This document shows, one piece after another, positions 1-7,062 of a stretch of 42,381 nt of DNA (position 1 is the stretch's first letter; each line of letters begins with the position of its first letter). The notes below the pieces were generated by a model that was given only the letters and a program-made list of their open reading frames with translations, made no database searches and was not told the origin of the DNA. This stretch comes from a virus (lineage: Duplodnaviria > Caudoviricetes): IMG/VR virus record IMGVR_UViG_3300017716_002032, positions 1-42,381 of that record; one strand, given 5' to 3'. The translations under genes and the position numbers were made by a program.

Positions 1-123
1 ACAACAAAAGCGGGCTTTCCAACGTTGCGCCGTGCCGGACAGTTAAGGCTTTTAAGCGCCACCTTCGCCGCCATGCCGATGTGTTGTCTGGACGGCTAGT
101 CGTCTGGACCGGGCGCTTTGATA
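1..123 (+). repeat. Terminal direct repeat / assembly overlap, copy 1
   Basis: ACAACAAAAG...GCGCTTTGATA identical to 42259-42381. Confidence 0.97.
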
Positions 124-206
124 GCGTGACCGCTGACCTTCGACCCTAGCGCAAAGCGCGAATGACCTAACCCCAATGTTTTTTAAGGGGAGGGTGGAGA
201 TAGGAC

Positions 207-261
207 TTGACGCATAGGGCGGGACGGGCCTAGGGTCTGTGTGTCGAGGGCAATCAAGCCC
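207..261 (+). promoter_or_regulatory. Sigma70-type promoter of cassette A with leader hairpin GGGCAATCAAGCCC
   Basis: TTGACG 207-212, 17-nt spacer, GCCTAGGG -10-like; AGGGCAATCAAGC (247-259) recurs in cassette B leader (31826-31838, minus). Confidence 0.6.
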
Positions 262-275
262 CGAGGAGAAGACCG

Positions 276-506
276 ATGGCAAAGATTACCAAACGCAAAG
301 CCCCGGTTGGCTGGCGCATTCACATTGACGGTTGCCCGACGCGGCTGCTGATTTCTAAAGGCGATGCGCCACGATACCGCGAGCCGCAAATGTATAATCT
401 GGTCGCCGAGTATGAGGGCGACGAATGGCCCCGCTTTGTGTTTGAGGCCAACGGGGTCGGCGCGATCATGCAGCGCCTTGAAATGATCTACGGCGAGATT
501 GCATGA
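276..506 (+). CDS. Small hypothetical protein (cassette A cargo)
   Basis: GAGGAG RBS, 76 aa, ATGA coupling to the next gene. Confidence 0.8.
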   Translation: MAKITKRKAPVGWRIHIDGCPTRLLISKGDAPRYREPQMYNLVAEYEGDEWPRFVFEANGVGAIMQRLEMIYGEIA

Positions 507-736
507 CGCCTGACACTTACCGCGCCGCTATCGCCGCCCTCAACCTAAGCCAGAGGGCGGCGGCTAGGGTTATCGGCGTGAACGAGCGCACTAGCCGCAC
601 CTATGCTGCACACGGCGTCCCCGAGAAGCATTCTGCATGGGTCCGGGACAAGCTGGCAGCCTACCAAACATCTCAATGGGCCGAGACATTCTCGCTCATG
701 ACAAAAGCATCAAAACAAGAGGGAGAAGACCAATGA
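503..736 (+). CDS. Small XRE/Cro-like HTH regulator (Aca-like)
   Basis: TPDTYRAAIAALNLSQRAAARVIGVNERTSRTYA is an HTH pattern; paralog at 31369-31542. Confidence 0.75.
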   Translation: MTPDTYRAAIAALNLSQRAAARVIGVNERTSRTYAAHGVPEKHSAWVRDKLAAYQTSQWAETFSLMTKASKQEGEDQ

Positions 737-933
737 TTGACCGAGCAGAACACACCGATCACCGCCGCCACGCCGCGATGATGACTGACCACGGTTCATC
801 GCGTGGATGGGACTTCCGCCCCTCCGACGAGCCGCCGCTGTGGTTCCGTGCCGTGGCCGAGGTCCTGCGCCCGCGTAGCATCATCATCCTGCTGGCCCTC
901 GCTGGCGTTATCAGCCTCTTTTGGATTTCCTGA
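733..933 (+). CDS. Small protein with C-terminal transmembrane helix
   Basis: GGGAGAAG RBS, ATG 733; ends SIIILLALAGVISLFWIS. Confidence 0.65.
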   Translation: MIDRAEHTDHRRHAAMMTDHGSSRGWDFRPSDEPPLWFRAVAEVLRPRSIIILLALAGVISLFWIS

Positions 934-934
934 T

Positions 935-1600
935 ATGACCGACCTGATTATCCCCGACTGCACCTGCCCGGTCATCGCTGCCTTTATGGTCGCGTGGAAT
1001 GACGGGTTGCCGTCCGATGATGACCGCGTCCGCTTGTTTCTGCCGCTCATTCCGGTTCTGGCCGGGACGCGCGGGTCAAAGGCGCTTAAAACCCGCCGCG
1101 CCAACATGGCGACTGACTGGTATGTCCGGGTTCAGACGCCCGCATGGCTGCGGCTTGCCGGACTGACGACGCAAGCCGATACACTGGAAGCGTTCCCCGA
1201 GATTACTGACTTTTCCGCCGTGCCGTCGCTTAAGCCAACACTGGACGCCATCCGAAAAGACGCGGATGCGGCGTGGGCTGCGGTGGGGGCTGCGGCGGCG
1301 GTTGCGGCGGGGGCTGCGGCGTGGGCTGCGGTGGGGGCTGCGGCGTGGGCTGCGGCGTGGGATGCGGCGTGGGATGCGGCGGCGGCTGCGGCGGCGGCTG
1401 CGGCGGCGGCTGCGGTGGGGGCTGCGGCGGCGGTTGCGGCGATGGATGCGGCGTGGGCTGCGGCGGGGGATGCGGATGCGGCGAGGGCTGCGGCGTGGAA
1501 TGCGCTCGCTCCGACCGTCACCAGCCTACAGGACAGCGCCGTCGATCTTGTCAAGCGTATGTGCGCGCTGACTGACGAAGCCACAGGAGAAGCATCATGA
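935..1600 (+). CDS. Phage protein with Ala/Trp (AAW) low-complexity repeats
   Basis: Likely start ATG 935; CTCPVIAAFMVAWNDGLP motif then AAWAA/DAAW repeats typical of a common phage family. Confidence 0.75.
   Translation: MTDLIIPDCTCPVIAAFMVAWNDGLPSDDDRVRLFLPLIPVLAGTRGSKALKTRRANMATDWYVRVQTPAWLRLAGLTTQADTLEAFPEITDFSAVPSLKPTLDAIRKDADAAWAAVGAAAAVAAGAAAWAAVGAAAWAAAWDAAWDAAAAAAAAAAAAAVGAAAAVAAMDAAWAAAGDADAARAAAWNALAPTVTSLQDSAVDLVKRMCALTDEATGEAS
1262..1498 (+). repeat. Degenerate 9-12 bp tandem repeat (GCTGCGGCGTGG-like) encoding the Ala-rich tract
   Basis: Directly visible; produces repetitive shadow ORFs in other frames. Confidence 0.9.
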
Positions 1601-1857
1601 CCACGATACCTTTTGAAGTCCGCAATCGTTTCACTGGCGAAGTCCAGAGAAGCATCATGAAGCCGACGGTTACGTGGTCACCGACGCCGTTTTCGACCGT
1701 TCGGGTTTACGACCGGACCCGCGATGAGTTTGCAATGGCCGCACTGACTGGGCTTGTGGCGGCTCGTTCATACCATGGTGCCATTGAGGCCAGCGTCTAT
1801 GCGTCAGACGCCTACATCCTCGCAGACGCCATGCTTAAGCAGAGAGAAGCATCATGA
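1587..1857 (+). repeat. Three exact 14-bp gene-junction repeats GAGAAGCATCATGA (1587, 1647, 1844)
   Basis: Each is an RBS-like purine tract plus ATGA. Confidence 0.9.
1597..1857 (+). CDS. Hypothetical protein (possible second in-frame start at 1657)
   Basis: RDEFAMAALTGLVA...AYILADAMLKQRE is a common small phage protein motif. Confidence 0.75.
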   Translation: MTTIPFEVRNRFTGEVQRSIMKPTVTWSPTPFSTVRVYDRTRDEFAMAALTGLVAARSYHGAIEASVYASDAYILADAMLKQREAS

Positions 1858-2168
1858 CCCCCGACGAACTCCCCGCTGACATGGAGGGGCGGCTGGACCA
1901 TTACCTGAGCGAGCGGGCCAAGATGTCTCAAATAGACCGCGACCTCATTCATGGTTTGAACGTCGGTGACATCCGAGAGGCGGTGTTGACCGTTACCGAC
2001 CTCCGCGCCCTCCTGAAAGCATACCAAGAGCAGCGCCGGGCTTTGGAGTTTTACGCGGACCCGATCTCTTACGCGCTTACTCAAGTCAGTGAGCCTCGCA
2101 GCGCAGTGCATGGCGACGACGGAAAGCGCGCCCGAGCCGCCCTCAACCAAAAAGGTGATGAACGATGA
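1854..2168 (+). CDS. Hypothetical protein
   Basis: Coupled ORF; ALEFYAD...DDGKRARAAL phage motif. Confidence 0.75.
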   Translation: MTPDELPADMEGRLDHYLSERAKMSQIDRDLIHGLNVGDIREAVLTVTDLRALLKAYQEQRRALEFYADPISYALTQVSEPRSAVHGDDGKRARAALNQKGDER

Positions 2169-2923
2169 ACGAGAAACTGTCGCCTTGTCCGTTCTGTCAA
2201 AAGCCGCTGACCCTGGGTGGTGGCGTCAACCCTTATGGTCGGTGCGAGACGCCCGATTGCTGGCTGAATGAACGGCGCATTTCCATATCGCTTGATGTCC
2301 CGAAACAGCTTGAACAATGGAACCGCCGCACCCCTGCACCAGAGGGGGAGGCTTGGGGTTATGCGGTTCGGCGCATCCGTTTTGACAGCCACGATGCCGT
2401 CATCCCCGACGCGCCTTGGCGTCTGGAACGCGGCCTTGCGCTTCAAATGATCCGTGCTGATCCAGAGCGCTGGGAAGTCCAGCCCCTCTACGCCTCCCCT
2501 GTCGTTCCGGTAGGGAGCGGGCAGGCTGACAAAATGGCCCATGTTCTTCGCGGCATGGTGAAGCGCGGAACCTTGATCGACGACGAGGCGATTGAGAGCG
2601 CATTGACGCTGGCCACCTACAGGCAAGACCCGGACGACGATGACCGCGCATGGGCCGCGTCACAAGCAGAAGTCATCGGCCAGCCTGTCGTTCCGGTAGG
2701 GAGCGGGGAGCCGGTGGCGCGGGCTACCTGTCAAGATTGCGGTGGCCATATCGAGGGCTGGATTTGCCAATCGTGCGGCCGAGAGTTCCGGGAAAATGAC
2801 GCGGGCAATCTCGTCTTTGAGAACCAGCCTGTCGTTCCGGTAGGGGTGAGCAGGGAGGAGATCGTGCGGCTTCTCGACGCCATCATCGCAGCCCTTCGCC
2901 CTACCGATACAGGGGGGGAGTGA
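2165..2923 (+). CDS. Modular protein: Lar-like N-terminal CPFC zinc motif, three PVVPVG junctions, second zinc ribbon
   Basis: KLSPCPFC...C...C...WNRR pattern of the Lar restriction-alleviation family; CQDC..CQSC ribbon. Confidence 0.7.
   Translation: MNEKLSPCPFCQKPLTLGGGVNPYGRCETPDCWLNERRISISLDVPKQLEQWNRRTPAPEGEAWGYAVRRIRFDSHDAVIPDAPWRLERGLALQMIRADPERWEVQPLYASPVVPVGSGQADKMAHVLRGMVKRGTLIDDEAIESALTLATYRQDPDDDDRAWAASQAEVIGQPVVPVGSGEPVARATCQDCGGHIEGWICQSCGREFRENDAGNLVFENQPVVPVGVSREEIVRLLDAIIAALRPTDTGGE
2498..2845 (+). repeat. Three exact 18-bp in-frame direct repeats CCTGTCGTTCCGGTAGGG (2498, 2684, 2828)
   Basis: Spacing 186 and 144 bp, both multiples of 3. Confidence 0.92.
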
Positions 2924-3117
2924 TGAATCTCTACGACGACGAAAATGAGGATCTGCTGGACGCAATCGAGCAAGATGCTGAAGACGCAGCAATCCACGCA
3001 TGGGGGCCGCTTGCCGCTCCGACGCACCGGCCCTGCCCGCACCCAGAAGGGTCAGACGAAGCCGAGGCATGGTGGATAGCTTTTCACAGAGAATACGAAC
3101 GGGAGCACGGCAAATGA
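2920..3117 (+). CDS. Small acidic hypothetical protein
   Basis: Coupled ORF, Asp/Glu rich, CPHPEGS..AEAWW motif. Confidence 0.7.
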   Translation: MMNLYDDENEDLLDAIEQDAEDAAIHAWGPLAAPTHRPCPHPEGSDEAEAWWIAFHREYEREHGK

Positions 3118-3626
3118 TCACTCTATCAAACGAAACAGAAGCCCGTCTGCGGGCCGAGGTCGAGAGAAACACCGCGCCGTTCCGCACCCCTGACATAGCC
3201 GGTCTGTGCGAGAGGCTGCGGGCTGCGCTGGAAGGCACTACCGAAGCTCCGTGGTTTGCTGGCCCGCTCCAGCCCGAAGACGAATGGGGCGGACCCGGCG
3301 GCGTCTCCGTTGGGCCCTTTGACCTAGCGGAGCGGTATGGCAATCGACCCGACTATTCCCCGGACACGTTCAACAGTCATTACGAAAGTACGATTGCGGA
3401 GGTTTCCGGCTGTAACCACGACGCGGAAAGAAACGGGGCCTTCATCGCCCTGTCCCGCGAGGCCGTCCCCGCGCTTCTCGACACCCTTGAACGCCAAGCC
3501 GCTGAGATAGAGAGGCTGCAAAATCTGCTCAACGGCAGGGATGACTTCATCGTGGGCGAGGGGCTGTGGCCGAAGTTCTGCGACGGCTTGCCGCCCCGAG
3601 CCGCCCTTACAGGAGAAGACACATGA
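3114..3626 (+). CDS. Ead/Ea22-like phage protein
   Basis: Start ATG 3114; TEAPW...NGAFIALSREAVPALLDTLE matches the Ead/Ea22 pattern. Confidence 0.7.
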   Translation: MITLSNETEARLRAEVERNTAPFRTPDIAGLCERLRAALEGTTEAPWFAGPLQPEDEWGGPGGVSVGPFDLAERYGNRPDYSPDTFNSHYESTIAEVSGCNHDAERNGAFIALSREAVPALLDTLERQAAEIERLQNLLNGRDDFIVGEGLWPKFCDGLPPRAALTGEDT

Positions 3627-3787
3627 CCACGGATGAAAAGCTCGCCGTCATCGCTCGCGCTATTTTGGAGATCGAACAGAAAGCCGTGCGAACATGGGAT
3701 AACGACGGCGAGGACGCATACGGGGCCGGGTTGTTTCTGACCAGAAACCTCACCCAAAAACTAGAGGAGATGGCCGACCATGACTGA
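3623..3787 (+). CDS. Small hypothetical protein
   Basis: AGGAG RBS, ATG 3623, MTTDEKLAV... Confidence 0.65.
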   Translation: MTTDEKLAVIARAILEIEQKAVRTWDNDGEDAYGAGLFLTRNLTQKLEEMADHD

Positions 3788-3869
3788 CATCCTTTTGGCG
3801 ATATGGGAGATGACATACCCAGCCGGGCCGCCGGGAAAAACGCAAAGAAAACGTAGAGGCGGGAAGCGG

Positions 3870-3898
3870 TTGACGTTTCGATGCAACGGCGCCTATCT
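3870..3898 (+). promoter_or_regulatory. Promoter for the passenger wHTH gene / tRNA-like RNA
   Basis: TTGACG-17-CTATCT; imperfect palindrome CGTTTCGATGCAACG in the spacer. Confidence 0.5.
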
Positions 3899-3931
3899 AC
3901 GTGCCTGTCTCCAAAACGTGATTCCCCCGAC

Positions 3932-4372
3932 ATGTCTGACGCGCTTACCGACCTGAGCCAAATGATCGAACGCATCCGAAGGGAAGCGCTCGCGGAAGGT
4001 CATGCCGCAGGTTACGCACTGGCGATGGCCAAGGTCGCGGCCTTCGCCATGGATGAGCGGCCAGAACCAGAGTGGGCGAAGCCGAAGGCGGCACCACAAG
4101 AGGCCGCGAGGGCTCCGCGCGGCAAGAACCGAGACCTTGTTCTTGGTGCGATGGCGAGCCTGCAAGGCGCAACCAGCGTCAAGACGATTCAGGACCATCT
4201 AGAAGATCAGGGCCACAGCATTCCCTATTCCAGCATCCAAGCCGTCATGGCGCAGCTGACCCGCGACGAAATCGTTGAAATGGTCGGGCGCGGCGAGTGG
4301 CGGCTGAAAACGAACACGGCCTCCGATGCCGAAGCAAGGGAGGCCGCGCTGAACGCCGGAGCGTTCGACTAG
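3932..4372 (+). CDS. Passenger protein: N-terminal helical region, linker, C-terminal winged helix
   Basis: NRDLVLGAM..ATSVKTIQDHL...YSSIQAVMAQLTRDEIVEMVGRGEWRL is a wHTH pattern; start ATG 3932 lies after the promoter. Confidence 0.75.
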   Translation: MSDALTDLSQMIERIRREALAEGHAAGYALAMAKVAAFAMDERPEPEWAKPKAAPQEAARAPRGKNRDLVLGAMASLQGATSVKTIQDHLEDQGHSIPYSSIQAVMAQLTRDEIVEMVGRGEWRLKTNTASDAEAREAALNAGAFD

Positions 4373-4375
4373 TCT

Positions 4376-4447
4376 GGGGCCGGAGGGCTGGTGCCCAGGA
4401 ACACTTTGCAACGTCTCCCCTGGGGTTCGATTCCCCCCGGTTCCACC
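4376..4447 (+). tRNA. Non-canonical tRNA-Ala(UGC)-like RNA with 8-bp acceptor / 4-bp T stem
   Basis: GGGGCCGG/CCGGTTCC acceptor with G3:U70, A discriminator then CC; D arm GGGC-TGGT-GCCC; loop TTTGCAA; GGGG-TTCGATT-CCCC T arm; anticodon stem imperfect. Confidence 0.6.
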
Positions 4448-4570
4448 TTCATTCCGTCGTCGGGTCAGCCTCTGAAAAGTCAGGCCCGGTCGCCGGTTCA
4501 CCCACCCAACTGGGGCCAAAGGCCCTGCTAGGAGCATCCCATGTGGCAAGCCGCCAGATTAGGATGACTA

Positions 4571-4599
4571 ATTGTCCCCTTTAGGGGACTCGCTGTCAA
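4571..4599 (-). promoter_or_regulatory. Convergent antisense sigma70 promoter with palindromic operator
   Basis: Minus strand TTGACA-17-GACAAT; GTCCCC-TTTA-GGGGAC at 4574-4589 spans the spacer and -10. Confidence 0.6.
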
Positions 4600-4601
4600 G
4601 G

Positions 4602-4635
4602 GAAGGCTCTGGCCGGTCGGTCAGGGCCTTCTTTT
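4602..4635 (+). terminator. Intrinsic terminator
   Basis: GAAGGCTCTGGCC-GGTC-GGTCAGGGCCTTC-TTTT. Confidence 0.75.
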
Positions 4636-4779
4636 GCCTTTCATCGGCTTAATGCTGCGGCTAACGACGCCATCAGCGGCGCAAAACGGGCAAACAGGAC
4701 CCTCTGGCCAAACGCGCGCTTCGACGTAAGCGAAGGCGGCGGCTTCGGAATGGAAATGTTTGGCGGACAGGTTGGACAC
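4621..4779 (-). pseudogene. Truncated IS1595-family transposase (N-terminal zinc-ribbon part only, 52 aa)
   Basis: AAGGA RBS, GTG; MSNLSAKHFHSEAAAFAYVEARVWPEGPVCPFC...KPMKGKRRP*; WPxGPVCPxC is the IS1595 Zn-ribbon signature; no DDE domain. Confidence 0.85.
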
Positions 4780-4913
4780 AGCGATTTTCCTTGCCGTGTC
4801 TACATTAGCGGGCCGCTAGGGTATGTCAAGTCACATATCGCCATCCTTTTAGCCGGGTTCTTTACCGCCGTAGCCGTGTTTTGTCAGTTGTGGATTCGGG
4901 AGGACCAGAGGCG

Positions 4914-5189
4914 TTAGAAGGGCCACCACCACACGCGGTTTTGACTTTCTGCGATAGCGACGATTGCCTCGCGCTTTACGTCACAAACGCGGAGGTCACC
5001 ATCTTGAGCGACTATTGCACGGCCTAGATCGCCAACGGTCTGTGCCGTGCTTACGTCCACAGTTGAGACGCAAGGGGATTTCAGGCTTTCCGGGATGACG
5101 ACGTTAGCCGCCCCTCCGCACCCGCTCAAGCTCGCTAGCGAAACCAGCAGGAAGGGGAGTATCAGCGCCTTGGATTTGTTCGACTTCAC
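4914..5189 (-). CDS. Outer-membrane spanin (Rz1-like lipoprotein)
   Basis: Signal peptide with lipobox LSGC, overlaps the i-spanin. Confidence 0.8.
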   Translation of the reverse strand: MKSNKSKALILPFLLVSLASLSGCGGAANVVIPESLKSPCVSTVDVSTAQTVGDLGRAIVAQDGDLRVCDVKREAIVAIAESQNRVWWWPF

Positions 5190-5403
5190 GTTGCTTGTCC
5201 TCTTGATCTTGTCGGATGACAGGGGTTTCCGCTGCGACCCGGTCTAACTGTTTTGCGACGGCTGTAGCGACCTTGGCTTCATTCTTTGCAGACGGCTTGT
5301 TAAGCATGGTGAATACGGCGAGCGCGAATAGCAGGACGACGACGAGCGCGCCAATCTGGACGATGCGGGTTGCGGTGCGGTCTAAACCAAACATGGGTTG
5401 CAT
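5104..5403 (-). CDS. Inner-membrane spanin (Rz-like)
   Basis: N-terminal TM helix then coiled coil, downstream of endolysin. Confidence 0.75.
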   Translation of the reverse strand: MQPMFGLDRTATRIVQIGALVVVLLFALAVFTMLNKPSAKNEAKVATAVAKQLDRVAAETPVIRQDQEDKQREVEQIQGADTPLPAGFASELERVRRGG

Positions 5404-5523
5404 CCTATTCGTTTTCAGGCATTATGGCTAGGCGAGATGCCTAATCGCGTGAAGGCGCATATGCCTAACGCTTCCGCTGCCACCACAGCGGTTCTGGTGG
5501 GAATAGGGCGCTCGCTTCACCCC

Positions 5524-6132
5524 TTATTTAGCCCAATGCCCGGTTTTGCGGTGAAGCCAAGTCAGGAAGTCGCCGACCGTCTTTCCGCCGCCGAGGATTG
5601 ACGGATTAGCCGCAATCGCCGCACTCCCTACATGAGCGTCAATCCGGTCTGTGTGGTCGCCCTCAAGCGCCTTGATAGCCGTTCCTGCGCCGAGGAAATG
5701 CGCGGCATACAGAGAGGCGTTGTTAACCGGGATTCCGGCCTTCCTCAGCGCCAACACGTTCTTTTCGGTAAACGTGCGCGCCCGCTGCAACTGTTCAGCC
5801 TCTGACGGCGTAAAACCGCCAAACGCGGCAGACATATCAGGCCCCCACTTGCCGCCCTCTGCTTGCCATGTGGACTTGATGAACTGATACAGGCCCGAGG
5901 CGCTAGATGTCGTCGCCTTGATATATGGACGGTTCCCGCTTTCGATCTTCGCCAGCATTGGCCAATAATCGTTTGGGATGGTCGAATCCGTCACAACGCG
6001 CTCTGCCACCTTTTCGGGCAGATACTTGTCCAGCGCGGCGTTGGTCGCCGGACCCGCCTCGCCGTCTTCTTTCAAGCCCGCGCCGTATTGATTGAGGCGG
6101 TGTTGAACTCGCAGAACGAACGGTTTACTCAC
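5524..6132 (-). CDS. Endolysin: peptidoglycan-binding domain plus lytic transglycosylase
   Basis: LKEDGEAGPATNAAL PG-binding motif; IESG...SSASGLYQF...TW SLT motif. Confidence 0.9.
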   Translation of the reverse strand: MSKPFVLRVQHRLNQYGAGLKEDGEAGPATNAALDKYLPEKVAERVVTDSTIPNDYWPMLAKIESGNRPYIKATTSSASGLYQFIKSTWQAEGGKWGPDMSAAFGGFTPSEAEQLQRARTFTEKNVLALRKAGIPVNNASLYAAHFLGAGTAIKALEGDHTDRIDAHVGSAAIAANPSILGGGKTVGDFLTWLHRKTGHWAK

Positions 6133-6386
6133 GGTTGATTCTCCTCAACAGGCGGCTGGCCAGCCGGGTTTTGAGCGTTCTTCGCCCCTACACTGCTACC
6201 CCACCGGAACGCGCCGTAGGAGACCGGGATGCCAAGGATTGCCGTGGCCAAGGCCGAGACGATAGGAGCAACAGCCGGGTCGAGCTTGACGACGAACAGC
6301 CCGAACACGATGCCCGCAACAATGACGAGCGAGCCGATGACGGCCAGCGCGTCGAGCGTGGCATAATTGCGCTCTGGCAGGTTCAT
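6129..6386 (-). CDS. Holin (2 TM)
   Basis: Two hydrophobic helices and FRWGSS motif, directly before the endolysin. Confidence 0.75.
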   Translation of the reverse strand: MNLPERNYATLDALAVIGSLVIVAGIVFGLFVVKLDPAVAPIVSALATAILGIPVSYGAFRWGSSVGAKNAQNPAGQPPVEENQP

Positions 6387-6580
6387 CAGGACAGCCCTAG
6401 CACTTCGGCAATCTTTGGCAGGAGCAGGGTCATAATCGCTCCAAACCCCACTGCGATACCCGTCTGGATATCACCTTTTCGCGATGATGCTTCCTCTTTG
6501 GCTTCTAGCTTTTTAACCCGATCAGTTAAATGGCGCACGTCGTTTGCGACCACGTCCAGACTTGGCGTCGGATTGGTCAT
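6386..6580 (-). CDS. Small coiled-coil plus TM protein (holin/antiholin-like)
   Basis: Coiled coil then C-terminal TM, in the lysis cluster. Confidence 0.65.
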   Translation of the reverse strand: MTNPTPSLDVVANDVRHLTDRVKKLEAKEEASSRKGDIQTGIAVGFGAIMTLLLPKIAEVLGLS

Positions 6581-7062
6581 TGTCCAGCATCCTGTGCAAG
6601 AGCCGAATGCCTGCGATCAGACATCCAACCGCGAAGACAATCCAAGCCATGACCCACTCCGATGGTCGCGAGGGTAAGAAGCTGGACGACAAAAATGACG
6701 TTGACGACAACCACATATGTCCACAGTCCGTGCTCGGTCAGCGCGCCGGTTTTCCACAGCCCGATAGTCACCGCATGAGAAGCAAGCTGTGCAACCAGTG
6801 TGCCGACCATCAGCGTTTTCCAGACTTCCGGGTTTTGCTGATTTGACCGGAAGATCATCCCGACGAGAAAAAGGTCGAGAATGGGCGAGGCCAGCAGCGC
6901 ATCCGGGAAGTGATACAGGACCGTGATTGCGTTCCCGATGCAAAAGACTAAGGCCAGCAAGGCGCTGACACCCATCAGGTCCGCATACTTCTCCGGCCTC
7001 GACCGATAGGCCAGAAAACAGATCAAGAAGACTGCAACGGTCGCGTAGAGATACCAGATCAT
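6577..7062 (-). CDS. Multi-pass membrane protein
   Basis: About 5 hydrophobic segments; coupled to neighbours. Confidence 0.75.
   Translation of the reverse strand: MIWYLYATVAVFLICFLAYRSRPEKYADLMGVSALLALVFCIGNAITVLYHFPDALLASPILDLFLVGMIFRSNQQNPEVWKTLMVGTLVAQLASHAVTIGLWKTGALTEHGLWTYVVVVNVIFVVQLLTLATIGVGHGLDCLRGWMSDRRHSALAQDAGQ

Larger units (their letters stand above)
3797..4842. mobile_element. Non-autonomous IS1595-family element carrying passenger genes
   Basis: TIRs GGCGATATGGGAGATGACATACCC (3797-3820) and revcomp GGCGATATGTGACTTGACATACCC (4819-4842), 21/24 identical; exact 8-bp TSD ATCCTTTT at 3789-3796 and 4843-4850; IS1595-type transposase N-terminus inside. Confidence 0.9.
3780..4917 (+). 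pseudogene. 27-aa hydrophobic peptide gene interrupted by the IS1595-derived cassette
   Basis: Removing the element and one target copy restores MTDILLAGFFTAVAVFCQLWIREDQRR*; GAGGAG upstream. Confidence 0.55.

Noticed and set aside
1-123. Biological terminal repeat
   Set aside because: It falls mid-ORF and its length fits an assembly overlap; it cannot be distinguished without reads.
1132-1584. Alternative-frame repetitive ORFs (poly-GCGG, RRGL, antisense Ala), and likewise 36328-37291
   Set aside because: Shadows of GC-rich stop-free tandem repeats.
2498-2845. Mini-CRISPR array
   Set aside because: Intervening segments are 120-170 bp, unequal and coding in frame.
4376-4447. attP-derived tRNA fragment
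   Set aside because: No integrase recognised; both 5' and 3' halves are present and it lies inside an IS-derived element.
4376-4570. tmRNA (one- or two-piece)
   Set aside because: Both acceptor strands lie within 72 nt in unpermuted order, and I found no convincing tag reading frame.
4199-4584. ORFs 4199-4549 (-) and 4297-4584 (+)
   Set aside because: They overlap the structured RNA region and lack RBS or protein-like features.
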